Shown piece after piece: positions 45,489-54,808 of a stretch of 64,000 nucleotides of DNA. Below the pieces are notes generated by a model. The model was not told where the DNA came from, made no database searches, and saw only the letters and a program-made list of their open reading frames with translations. A program made the position numbers and the translations under genes. The stretch lies in IMG/VR virus record IMGVR_UViG_3300031111_000236; one strand, written 5' to 3'. The DNA comes from an uncultured virus (IMG/VR IMGVR_UViG_3300031111_000236) (taxonomy: Duplodnaviria > Heunggongvirae > Uroviricota > Caudoviricetes). Numbering within the stretch: position 1 is the stretch's first letter; every line of letters begins with the position of its first letter.

Positions 45489-46903
45489 GTGGTGAGACTG
45501 AGGTCATGCGGGTAACTCACATGGATTATCTGCCAGCCCTCACTTTCGTTCACGAAGCGTGTGACACCAGAGAAGAGGTTATTTGCGACTCCAAGTACGT
45601 CAGGCGGAAGTTCAGTGTTGACCCTACTGTCTACGAGCCAGAGGATATGTATCTACCTATCGGCATCCAGTACCCACGATGTCCGCTTTGTGGTAGGAAG
45701 ATGAAATACCTGCTCGAAGGAGATTACCCTATTGTCTATATTTTTGGCCGTAATGAGAAGAACGACAGGAAGATTGTCGAAGTGGATGACGTGGAGGTTG
45801 CTTTCTGGATTAAGGAGAGCGAGCTTCCTGTTGTCACCGATATGAAGGCCCCGAGAAGATGTCGTATCAAGAGTATAACTGAGGAGGGTCAGGGGTACGA
45901 TATAACACGAGAAAACGCAGTCAAGATAACGTGCTATCACCCGATGGATGTCCACAGCTTTGGTCAGACACCGCCCTCACTTAGGGATGCTTTCGGAGGC
46001 ACTTCACAAGCTGATGTCAGGTTTGAGGACAAGGCTTTTGCTGACCTCCAGATAAAGCACTTTATCAGGGTTCCTAAAGGGAAGACCAGGGTGAAATCCA
46101 GTGAGATAGAACCTGTCAACGAGTTACCGAAAGGAATCAGTGTAATACCTCACTGGCTCGTTTATGACTTGGAGACCGAGTACAGGGCTGGTATTGAGAG
46201 GGCTAAGAAGGGTGAGGCCATTATCTACAGTGCGGCCTGTTATAGCTCGTATGCGAACAGCTTCATGGTCTTTTATCATCACCCTACATATAGAGAGGCC
46301 GCCGAGACTGTCAAGGAGCGTATGCGTGAAAAGCTCTACGGCTACGTGTACACTAAGTACTGTCCCAAGTGTCACACACCTTACCCCGATGGGAGTGGTG
46401 GGAAGTGTCACGAGTGCAACGTGGTCTTAACATCGCTCGAACAGAGGAACCCGCAGTTCTCGAACCTCTTGATGCACGCTCCCATCTACGTAGTACCTTC
46501 CACAACAGAGACACGTATGCTACAGGCGTTTCTTGGGACTATGAAGAACGCCAAGGTAGACATTATGGGTGGTCACAATTCCAAGTACTTCGATGACGAG
46601 GTACTTTCCAGACGTGTCAAAAGGCTCCTGAAACGGAACGCACCTGTCCGTATGACAAGTAAGGAAGGCATTTTTGGTGTCCATCCTTTTGACTTTATGG
46701 AGGCTTGGAAATACACCAAGAGGTCTAAGAGCCTCCCGACTCATCTTGACTACGTTGGGGAAACCGAGTTAGGGGCTTACAAGTACGATTATGACGACAA
46801 CATCGACTACCTTTGGAAGCACGATATCGTCACTCTCATCACTTACTGTTTGATTGACACTGCTCTGGTTGTCGGTTACAATCTAAAATACAGACCAACG
46901 TGA
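45485..46903 (+). CDS. Family B DNA polymerase, N-terminal and 3'-5' exonuclease part
   Basis: ExoI YDLETE, ExoII GHNSKYFD, ExoIII YCLID; Zn-ribbon insertions (CPLC; CPKC/CHEC). Confidence 0.85.
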   Translation: MSGETEVMRVTHMDYLPALTFVHEACDTREEVICDSKYVRRKFSVDPTVYEPEDMYLPIGIQYPRCPLCGRKMKYLLEGDYPIVYIFGRNEKNDRKIVEVDDVEVAFWIKESELPVVTDMKAPRRCRIKSITEEGQGYDITRENAVKITCYHPMDVHSFGQTPPSLRDAFGGTSQADVRFEDKAFADLQIKHFIRVPKGKTRVKSSEIEPVNELPKGISVIPHWLVYDLETEYRAGIERAKKGEAIIYSAACYSSYANSFMVFYHHPTYREAAETVKERMREKLYGYVYTKYCPKCHTPYPDGSGGKCHECNVVLTSLEQRNPQFSNLLMHAPIYVVPSTTETRMLQAFLGTMKNAKVDIMGGHNSKYFDDEVLSRRVKRLLKRNAPVRMTSKEGIFGVHPFDFMEAWKYTKRSKSLPTHLDYVGETELGAYKYDYDDNIDYLWKHDIVTLITYCLIDTALVVGYNLKYRPT

Positions 46904-47090
46904 GCGACCATCCTTGTCCCCATAGGGGGAGAGAAGAGAGGGTGATAACAAAGATGGTCACAGATTTCTGTTGGTGCACTTTGTACTCTCTCCTCTCGAA
47001 TATATATTCTCGTAGCAGGTAGATAAAGAGTTCGGGTGTACGTCCTATTAAAAAAGACAATAATATACTATATATGACTTCGAGCACCAC

Positions 47091-47227
47091 GCTGAAATTT
47101 CGGCGTGCGGCTGAAAATTTCTCATTGTCTACTTGGCCAGGCGGTTTTTCGAGGTCCGCTTTTCGTGCAGTCCCGAGCGGAGTCTCGAAAACAGGAAAAA
47201 ATTTTCGCCGCCCGCTGAAAAATTATC
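47091..47227. repeat. Cluster of GCTGAAA(A)TT repeats between the two PolB genes
   Basis: gctgaaattt 47091, gcggctgaaaattt 47107, gaaaaaattttcgcc 47195, gctgaaaaattatc 47214 (identical to 1146-1159). Confidence 0.75.
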
Positions 47228-47289
47228 ACGTTCGTGGTTTTGACCTTCGGACCTCAAAGTTTTTATATCTTCTTAAGGTTCGAACTAAT

Positions 47290-48810
47290 ATGCCTGAGAT
47301 ATCACTACTGGACTATTGGATGAATAGGGGTGCTTTGCTTGGTGTCCCTATCAATGCTATAAAGCCAGTCAAGACTTTTCATACCATGATATCCAGGGTC
47401 AGTGTCAATCGTCCTCTGAAAATACCATCTTCGTACAGTGTTGAGAGCAGTGGTGAGATGGAATACGGAGCTATTGTGCTCGAACCGAGGAAAGTCGGTC
47501 TCATACCTTGGATTGCTGTCATGGACTTTGCGCAGTTCTATCCACGAATTATGGTAGACTGGAACGTCGGTCTTGACGCTGTGCGTAAGGACGGTCCCAT
47601 CAGGGCTATCAACAGGCTCAATGGTGGTAAAGGTGCGGAGATAAGATATGCCGACCCAGAGGAGTACACAGCTCTTCTGCCTTCATTTATCAACGAACTG
47701 ATGGAGCAGAGATGGTGGGTTGAAGGTAAACTCAAGGAGTATCCGAAGGGTACACCTGAACACAATCACTACAGTGAGCTGAAAGCATCCATCAAAAACG
47801 ATATCAACTCCGTTTATGGGGTGAACTCTAATAAAGGATTTAGGCTCAGGGACGGTGATGTAGCAACTACGGTAACTGCCACCGCTCGTCACTGTTTCAA
47901 GATGGCCTCTGACGTTGCGGAAGAAGAGGGGCTCACCACTATCTACGGTCACACCGATAGCATATTCTTCCAGTTACCTGTACCGCCAGAGGACCCATCC
48001 GCCGAGGGTTGGCACGAGCCTTACGTTGACTTCCTCAACAAGCTCGCTGTTAAGATAGACGAGCGTATTCATAAGTGGCAAAAATCCAGAGGTGTCAGGA
48101 ATCCTACCACTCATATTGAGCCAGAGGCCATATACAAGAATCTTTTCATAGCTGGTTCGCAGGACAAGAGAGGGAATATAGAGGGGAAGAAAAATCGATA
48201 CGTGGCCGATAACATATACGACTGGAAGCAAGGTGACCTTCAATATCTGCCTGTTGAGAAGCGTTTGAAAATACGTGGATTTGAGACCCGTAGGTCGAAC
48301 GCATCTCTCTACACTAAGGCACTCTTGAAACAACTGTTTGTCAGGATGATGTCAAACCCGAGTCAGCGTGAGGTCCTAAGATGGCTACACAAAGAGTACA
48401 CCAGCTTCTTGGCTGGCGAGGTGTTCTACAAGCTCCTGCTCATACCAAGTGGTATTAGTAAGATGGACCCCAACTCAACATATCAGCCAGTGCGTGCGGC
48501 CTTCTATGGTATCAATAATTTTGATTGGACTTACAAGAGCAAGGCTTATCTCATATACGTCAGGATGACAGCGGAGGCGAGGAAGCACTATACGTACACG
48601 AATGTGCTGGCTTTGCCATCACCGCAGACCCCTCTACCAGCAGGGTACGAGGTCGATTGGAGAGCGAACGCTGACACGAGACTGCTCACCAAGGTAGAGA
48701 GCATAGTAGGTACTCTCGGTATAAGGAGGAACGATATAGTGTCTGGCTCTATCGTTGTCCCATTAGAGAAGGACCCAGATGTTTCTATACTTGATGATGT
48801 TCCTATATAG
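47290..48810 (+). CDS. Family B DNA polymerase, polymerase part
   Basis: GAIVLEP, DFAQFYP, KNDINSVYG, YGHTDS, KKNRY, RGFETRRS; ATG 47290 with TTTTATAT upstream. Confidence 0.9.
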   Translation: MPEISLLDYWMNRGALLGVPINAIKPVKTFHTMISRVSVNRPLKIPSSYSVESSGEMEYGAIVLEPRKVGLIPWIAVMDFAQFYPRIMVDWNVGLDAVRKDGPIRAINRLNGGKGAEIRYADPEEYTALLPSFINELMEQRWWVEGKLKEYPKGTPEHNHYSELKASIKNDINSVYGVNSNKGFRLRDGDVATTVTATARHCFKMASDVAEEEGLTTIYGHTDSIFFQLPVPPEDPSAEGWHEPYVDFLNKLAVKIDERIHKWQKSRGVRNPTTHIEPEAIYKNLFIAGSQDKRGNIEGKKNRYVADNIYDWKQGDLQYLPVEKRLKIRGFETRRSNASLYTKALLKQLFVRMMSNPSQREVLRWLHKEYTSFLAGEVFYKLLLIPSGISKMDPNSTYQPVRAAFYGINNFDWTYKSKAYLIYVRMTAEARKHYTYTNVLALPSPQTPLPAGYEVDWRANADTRLLTKVESIVGTLGIRRNDIVSGSIVVPLEKDPDVSILDDVPI

Positions 48811-49847
48811 TGAAACTCATGAACTCAAGAGAAAAAATATACGGTGCTATTGCCGATTTCATATCAGGCGTTCCGAGTCCTCCGTGGGTGTTCAATCTCT
48901 ACGGGTACTATGGGATAGGAAAGTATACCATGTTCAATAGTTGCCTGTCGAACAATGTTCGTGGTGATGAGATAGAGGTTATCGACGTTACGGAGCAATT
49001 TTCTGATGACCCTAAAGCCTTCTATGCGAGGCTGAACAAGAACTCGTACACGCCTTGTTTGTCGGGGAAGATACCCATATACCTCTTGAGATACCCGAAG
49101 GTTACGAAAGCTGGTATATCAATTCTTAAGAAGATTATGACACCAGTTATGCTCATCACAGAGGAGAAGATATACAAGCTCGGTCAGGGTGTATCCTACA
49201 TGAATTTTCCGAGTCCGTCTCCACGTATGTATATGTCTTTTCTGAATCGCTACATCAAGGAGAATGACCTGCCAAAGCCACCGTCTCCGAGGAAGCTCAT
49301 GGAGCTGATAGCCAAGAGTATAAGTTATGACGACCTGGTTTCCAATCTCCACACAGTTCTTCCAGATTACAATGTTTCTCTGATACCAGATTACAATCCA
49401 GTGTACGGTGAGAGTGATTACAAGAGACTGAATGACTTCTTCAAAGGAGCCGAGATGCCCTACACTATGTTCTCCAACCGTATCAACAAGGAATATGTGC
49501 TCTACACCATCTTGTCATCCTACAAGAACATTAACACGAGGAACGAGATGCTCGAAAGACTCGCTTTCATCGATGCTCATACACGTGAGTTTTCTGCCAC
49601 GTACCAACAGGCACTGGTTAACTCTATGGTCCAGAAGCGACCTGGTAAGATATGGGTAGAGAAGTCGAAATGGGAACCGCAACAGGTCCCACGCAAGTTG
49701 ATGTTAGCCGCCAACAAGATGTGTAGAGGGGACCCCCTTCGTGCTCTTTCTCTTTTCGGGGTAATAAGGTATATACCGACATCCGTCGCTCTTGATGACA
49801 AGGATAAGCTGGAGATAATGAAATACTATAAAGGTGTGCTGAGATGA
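48810..49847 (+). CDS. Degenerate RFC large subunit-like protein
   Basis: NLYGYYGIGKYT P-loop remnant; overall clamp-loader-like layout; genomic context. Confidence 0.5.
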   Translation: MKLMNSREKIYGAIADFISGVPSPPWVFNLYGYYGIGKYTMFNSCLSNNVRGDEIEVIDVTEQFSDDPKAFYARLNKNSYTPCLSGKIPIYLLRYPKVTKAGISILKKIMTPVMLITEEKIYKLGQGVSYMNFPSPSPRMYMSFLNRYIKENDLPKPPSPRKLMELIAKSISYDDLVSNLHTVLPDYNVSLIPDYNPVYGESDYKRLNDFFKGAEMPYTMFSNRINKEYVLYTILSSYKNINTRNEMLERLAFIDAHTREFSATYQQALVNSMVQKRPGKIWVEKSKWEPQQVPRKLMLAANKMCRGDPLRALSLFGVIRYIPTSVALDDKDKLEIMKYYKGVLR

Positions 49848-50518
49848 AAAGTGGTTCATTGGCAGAGCAATTCATACTGAACGAGATGAGGCAAAGTCCT
49901 CTGTTCACTTGGGCTATAAAAATGCCGAACGACATGAGACGACCATCCCCTTGTGATATAGATGCAAGGGGCCATGAGCTTTCGTTCTACATTGAGTGCA
50001 AGTCCACTTTCGAGGATAGTAAGCGGACTTGTGTGAACATTGACAAGACCTTCAAGAGACAAGCCAGTACTATACACAGGTTCTGGAAGGCCAACCCCAT
50101 AAGACATCGTGGTGGCTTCATTTTCGCTTTTCATCAGAATCATCATGAGGTAATGGACGGCGACCTTTTATTCTACGTCCAGATAGCCCACATATCCTAC
50201 ATCATAGAGAAGGTCTGCGAGAACCCAGATGTAACTACCAGGCAGGTAAGTGGTTGTGGTCTGACCAAGACAATGATTAGGAAGGACTTCTTCTTTAAGA
50301 CCAACCTACCGAAGGTAATGGAGAGCATCGAGTTTCAGATATACAGGATACCCCTCTTGAGAACCGAGAAAGGTAGACTCTATCCCGACTTGTCGGTCTT
50401 GGTTGATTGTCAGCCATATAGACCTTATCTGAATGATGGGAGTATAGAAACTATGGATATGAACGTGCTCACGAAGAAGTATGGGGGCGGGAAGCAGGAG
50501 AGTATCCTTGACCTATAA
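49844..50518 (+). CDS. Holliday junction resolvase-like PD-(D/E)XK nuclease
   Basis: AEQ..., PCDID..., IECKST; C-terminal PIP-like QESILDL. Confidence 0.65.
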   Translation: MKSGSLAEQFILNEMRQSPLFTWAIKMPNDMRRPSPCDIDARGHELSFYIECKSTFEDSKRTCVNIDKTFKRQASTIHRFWKANPIRHRGGFIFAFHQNHHEVMDGDLLFYVQIAHISYIIEKVCENPDVTTRQVSGCGLTKTMIRKDFFFKTNLPKVMESIEFQIYRIPLLRTEKGRLYPDLSVLVDCQPYRPYLNDGSIETMDMNVLTKKYGGGKQESILDL

Positions 50519-50531
50519 AAATTTCAGCCGC
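50517..50531 (-). repeat. Single GCGGCTGAAATTTT copy
   Basis: Reverse complement matches 740-753; directly upstream of a TATA box. Confidence 0.65.
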
Positions 50532-50570
50532 TCCCCAAAATTTTTATACTTCGTACCCCTCGAAGTCGTA

Positions 50571-51035
50571 ATGACAAGTGACGTGTATATACCATATCGT
50601 GATACTCTTGTACCCTTTGTGTACGACACCATTGATGACGTGCTGTCGCTCGACCTTGAATGGTTGCAGAGGGATATCAAGTGTATGCTCAGTAGGGTAA
50701 GCACGGTGTATCCTTTCATTGTTGGGTTCGTTGAGAACGAGCGGGTTGTGATTGTTGACGCTATCAGGAGTCTGTATGTTCAACCGAACACTTACGAGGA
50801 GAGGATGGATAAGTTCTACGAGGAGGTTGGCGAGCTACCGAAAGGTATCACTCGTCCGAGCGCAATATACCTGCTGACTGACGTGTGCAGAGGCGACTAC
50901 ATGATTATAGACCAGTTCTCCCCGTCTGTAGCAGAAGCTCAGTACAGTGTGTACACGCTTGGTCACATGGGTTCTGATTCAGAATTGGTCAGAACAAACC
51001 TATTCTCAGATACACTTGTCGATATGATGGAGTGA
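50571..51035 (+). CDS. Hypothetical protein
   Basis: Leaderless ATG 50571 after TTTTTATA. Confidence 0.65.
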   Translation: MTSDVYIPYRDTLVPFVYDTIDDVLSLDLEWLQRDIKCMLSRVSTVYPFIVGFVENERVVIVDAIRSLYVQPNTYEERMDKFYEEVGELPKGITRPSAIYLLTDVCRGDYMIIDQFSPSVAEAQYSVYTLGHMGSDSELVRTNLFSDTLVDMME

Positions 51036-51040
51036 TAACC

Positions 51041-51427
51041 ATGCCATTGAACGTAGACGAAATAGCAAGTGGACTTCAAGACGGACCTAAAAAAGAGAAG
51101 CTGGACATGAAGATGACCTTCGCTGTGAGACCGCCAGCAGTTTCTAAGAGTGAGAAGAAAGTAGACTTCCCGAAGGGTTTCCTGTGGGACCAGACACCGA
51201 GTAATCCTAACTTGTACGTTACGAGGCTCACTAATCTCACCAGAGCGCAGGTAAAGACATATTCTGAATGGTGGGCGAAGAAGCTCGGTGGTGAGTCCCG
51301 AGTGGACGACAAGAACGACGAGAAGTTTTTCATCACGTCTGAGCGAGTGGATGTGGTGATAGAGAGGGACGATAAGTTCTGGTACATCAAGATTGGCTAT
51401 GTTATCAACGATATAAAGGAGGACTGA
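51041..51427 (+). CDS. Hypothetical protein
   Basis: GGAGTGA SD, ATG 51041. Confidence 0.7.
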   Translation: MPLNVDEIASGLQDGPKKEKLDMKMTFAVRPPAVSKSEKKVDFPKGFLWDQTPSNPNLYVTRLTNLTRAQVKTYSEWWAKKLGGESRVDDKNDEKFFITSERVDVVIERDDKFWYIKIGYVINDIKED

Positions 51428-51429
51428 AC

Positions 51430-52317
51430 ATGGGCGGAAAAGAAGAGATGCAGATTTTCCAAGCGGACGACATAAAGCAGGATGCTATACGTGTCCTCAA
51501 CTACCTGAGTGAAGAACACAAAAAGGGCCGAAGGAGGGTCAAGGCTGTACCACACTTCGTGATGATAAAAAGCCATGACCCCATGCTGAATAACCTGGTT
51601 TTCTACAGAGAGGTGGGCACGGGTGGAGCACACAGAGACAAGTACGGGGTCTTCTTGAAGTCAAGGACGGACCTCTTCAAGGAGATGTACAATCAGGGTG
51701 TGAGCGAGGCACTAAAAGTTGCACTTGATTACACTGGTATGGATGAGGCACAGCAGACCGAGGTTTTCGAGCTTGCGAAGGACAGCTTACCTATGCTGAT
51801 AGCTTTCGTGAACGCAGAGGTCTATGACGTAGCCAATGACCATGCGCAGATGTTCATGCTTTTTCACCTCTTGCTCCACTACAAGCCTGACGAGGAGAGC
51901 AAGAAGACCAGAGACCATGACTTCGCTATCTTCAAGGAAGACCTTGAGTACTTCCCTGACCTCGTTCTAAAAGTAGATAACAAGAAGGTGAACGTTGGTG
52001 GCGGACAGGAGGAACTACCAGAGGGAGAAGAAGAGTTCTCTGACCCAGAGCCGATACCCGAGCCCAAACCTGCACCGAAGGCGAAAGCGAAGCCAAAGAC
52101 CCAGAAAGACGACCAGGATACCTACATGAGGAAGAAGAGAGGTGAGAGGATGGTCGTTAGTGACGGGGTTCGTCCAGACGAGATGGTAACCCCTGTAGGG
52201 GAAGAGGGCGAGGATTCAGGCTCTGAGCAAGAGGGCGAGGGCGAGTCAGACGAGTCACCTGCTGTGCCAGACGATAACGACAGTCTCGACCTTCTGGACG
52301 AGGATAACGTTATTTGA
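51430..52317 (+). CDS. Hypothetical protein with an acidic tail
   Basis: Ends LLDEDNVI. Confidence 0.8.
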   Translation: MGGKEEMQIFQADDIKQDAIRVLNYLSEEHKKGRRRVKAVPHFVMIKSHDPMLNNLVFYREVGTGGAHRDKYGVFLKSRTDLFKEMYNQGVSEALKVALDYTGMDEAQQTEVFELAKDSLPMLIAFVNAEVYDVANDHAQMFMLFHLLLHYKPDEESKKTRDHDFAIFKEDLEYFPDLVLKVDNKKVNVGGGQEELPEGEEEFSDPEPIPEPKPAPKAKAKPKTQKDDQDTYMRKKRGERMVVSDGVRPDEMVTPVGEEGEDSGSEQEGEGESDESPAVPDDNDSLDLLDEDNVI

Positions 52318-52360
52318 GCCTGACCTCAAGGCTTTTATAGCTCTGGTTGGTGGACGTTTC

Positions 52361-52642
52361 ATGAACGTGCACTCTCGCATCAAGAGAGAGGTGGCGGAAT
52401 CCACAGGTTGCGATTCCGTCCCGTATAACGACGACGAGGAGGGACTCGAAGGTTCCCTCCTCCTTTTTGTCGCAAGGCTCTACAGGGCTGTGCGTGGTAG
52501 CGAGAGGGTCGTTTCTGTTTGGGTGCTCAAAGCCTTCTTACGTGAGTTAGGCTTCGTGAAGTACACAGGAGTACTCCAAGAGGAGTATGACGAGTTCGCT
52601 CTGGACCTACCGATAGATGATATGATGGAGAGCATGGCATGA
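52361..52642 (+). CDS. Hypothetical protein
   Basis: 93 aa, ATGA-coupled to the SNF2 gene. Confidence 0.55.
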   Translation: MNVHSRIKREVAESTGCDSVPYNDDEEGLEGSLLLFVARLYRAVRGSERVVSVWVLKAFLRELGFVKYTGVLQEEYDEFALDLPIDDMMESMA

Positions 52643-54315
52643 TACAGTTCAACTTCAAGTTTGGTAGGGGCAACCTGATACACGTCAAAGTTGACGGTTA
52701 CGATATGTCTCAAGAGCTGAAGTCGAAAGGTATTGTGGACGGGTATCACTTTTTGCTCGATAACAGCGAAGAGTCTGTAAAGCGTATAATAGATATGTAC
52801 CCAGACAGTAGGTATTTCGTGCATCCTGACGTGGAGTTCTTTCTGAAGGCGGTACGTGTTATATCCGATATGGATATTCAGTCACATCAGCCAGATATGC
52901 TCGACCTTTTGCCTCACCAGTTGGACGGGGTGAAGCGTGTATTGGCTTTGAAGGAAGTAATTCTTGCCGATGAGATGGGCCTCGGGAAAACGATAACTAC
53001 CATAGGTGCTCTGAACGTGATACATAGGAAGGGTAAGTTGAATACTTTGCTGGTAGTGGTCCCAAAGTCTCTGCGTGATAAGTGGATTTCGGACTGCGAG
53101 AAATACGCTCACTTCGACATAGTACCCATAGACAAGGTATCGAGTGCTATAGACCTTCGTGACAAGATGTACGAGAATCCCCTGGCTACTATATCCATAG
53201 ACCTCTTGAAAAGGTACGCTGGCTCTCTACCTCTGACTTATGATGTGGTAGTGGTAGACGAGGTACATGGGGCCAAGAACTACAAGACTCAGAGATACAG
53301 GGCCTTGCGTGATATCCAGAGTAGATACAAAATTTTTCTCTCGGGGACACCGCTTGTTAACACGCCAGATGAGCTTTACACAGTTAGCAGTATTCTATCA
53401 ATGCGATTGCTCGGGCGCAAAAGTGATTTTGAAGACCAGTTCTACATATACAAGACCATCACACTACCTAATGGTGAACGTGTGAGGAAGATGGAGACTC
53501 TTCGTAATGAGACTTTTCTTCAGCGGATTATCAGTACGTATGTGATTAGGCATACTTGGGCTGATGCTGACTTCAACATACCACAGGAGACTTTCTATCT
53601 GCCTATGGACCTCTCACACAGTCAGCGCAAGGTGTACGACTGCTACGTAGACCTCGCACAGCACAGGGATGTCGATATCATATCGCTGATGGCCTTCATG
53701 CTTGAGACGTGCGACTCTCCGTCTATCCTACCGCCGAAGGAGCACAAGTATCTTAAAGTCAAGTATGGGGTGCGTATTGACCCTGATGACATGGGTGTCA
53801 AGGTCGAGTTCCTCAAGAGGGAGTTACCGAGGCTCTTGAGAGAGCATCCTAAGATGGTTATGTTTACGAAGTTCGCTAAGTTCGTAAAGCTACTCTATCG
53901 AGAGCTGAAGAGCGATTTCGAGTGTATAACTATAACGGGTGAAAATGTTAATAAGACTCCTCTAATCAAGAAGTTCTGGGAAGACCCTAACCTTGAGCTT
54001 GTCATAACAGATGACGCTCTTAGCTATGGTCAGGACCTTCAGATTGCTACAGGTCTTGTCAACGTGGAGCTACCGTATTCGCCAGCCGTATATGAACAAA
54101 GAGTTGGTCGTATTCGCCGTGTCGGTCAGAGTCACGCTATATCGGTCTACAATCTCGTTACGAACGGTACGATAGAGGAGAACATAAGGAAGCTCATGGA
54201 TGACAAGAGAGAGTATCACAGGCTCCTTGTGGAGGACCCCAAGGTGGCTTCCGAAAAGCTCTTTAGAACTCTTGTTACGGTGGGAGAGCCAGTAAGTAAC
54301 CCAGACCTCTTGTGA
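52639..54315 (+). CDS. SNF2-family helicase/ATPase
   Basis: LLPHQ, LADEMGLGKT, VVPKS, DEVH, LSGTP..N, GQDLQ, QRVGRIRRVGQ. Confidence 0.92.
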   Translation: MIQFNFKFGRGNLIHVKVDGYDMSQELKSKGIVDGYHFLLDNSEESVKRIIDMYPDSRYFVHPDVEFFLKAVRVISDMDIQSHQPDMLDLLPHQLDGVKRVLALKEVILADEMGLGKTITTIGALNVIHRKGKLNTLLVVVPKSLRDKWISDCEKYAHFDIVPIDKVSSAIDLRDKMYENPLATISIDLLKRYAGSLPLTYDVVVVDEVHGAKNYKTQRYRALRDIQSRYKIFLSGTPLVNTPDELYTVSSILSMRLLGRKSDFEDQFYIYKTITLPNGERVRKMETLRNETFLQRIISTYVIRHTWADADFNIPQETFYLPMDLSHSQRKVYDCYVDLAQHRDVDIISLMAFMLETCDSPSILPPKEHKYLKVKYGVRIDPDDMGVKVEFLKRELPRLLREHPKMVMFTKFAKFVKLLYRELKSDFECITITGENVNKTPLIKKFWEDPNLELVITDDALSYGQDLQIATGLVNVELPYSPAVYEQRVGRIRRVGQSHAISVYNLVTNGTIEENIRKLMDDKREYHRLLVEDPKVASEKLFRTLVTVGEPVSNPDLL

Positions 54316-54378
54316 AAACCCTTAAATATCTTGCTCTCATATGTAGTCTTACCTTCAACCACGAGGAGGCTATCTCAC

Positions 54379-54717
54379 ATGAAATCAGGGCACTTTGTAG
54401 AAGCTGTAATTCACCGCTTCGAGATTTATATGAGCTTGACTGGCGAAACACGTTCAGATAATCCAGTCATGGGTAGTAAGCTACAGATAGATGATGGCAG
54501 AAAGAAGAAGACGCTCAGAGAAGGGCTGAGCTTTGAGAACAATTCGAAGACTTTCTCTAACTATACGAAAAGAGAATATCAGGCTCAATTACGCCTCTTC
54601 TTGAAGAAGTGTGATATGCCTGTGGTGTTTGACTCTTCCAACGGTAAGTTTTTCTTTATGCCGCATAAGGTCAGAGCACAGATGGAGATACCCTTCGAGC
54701 AGTGGGCCAAACTTTAG
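54379..54717 (+). CDS. Hypothetical basic protein
   Basis: GAGGAGG SD before ATG 54379. Confidence 0.65.
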   Translation: MKSGHFVEAVIHRFEIYMSLTGETRSDNPVMGSKLQIDDGRKKKTLREGLSFENNSKTFSNYTKREYQAQLRLFLKKCDMPVVFDSSNGKFFFMPHKVRAQMEIPFEQWAKL

Positions 54718-54808
54718 CCCTCTCGATTTCTCATTTATACTTTTCGACAAACCTTTATATATTCTCCGTCTTTCTTTTACACCATCAATAATCCGTAGGT
54801 GGTCAAAG

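Noticed and set aside
47074..47289. 72-aa N-terminal extension of the PolB polymerase ORF
   Set aside because: It translates the repeat cluster; a TATA box points to ATG 47290
46904..47289. Intein or IS element causing the PolB split
   Set aside because: No intein termini, transposase or terminal inverted repeats visible
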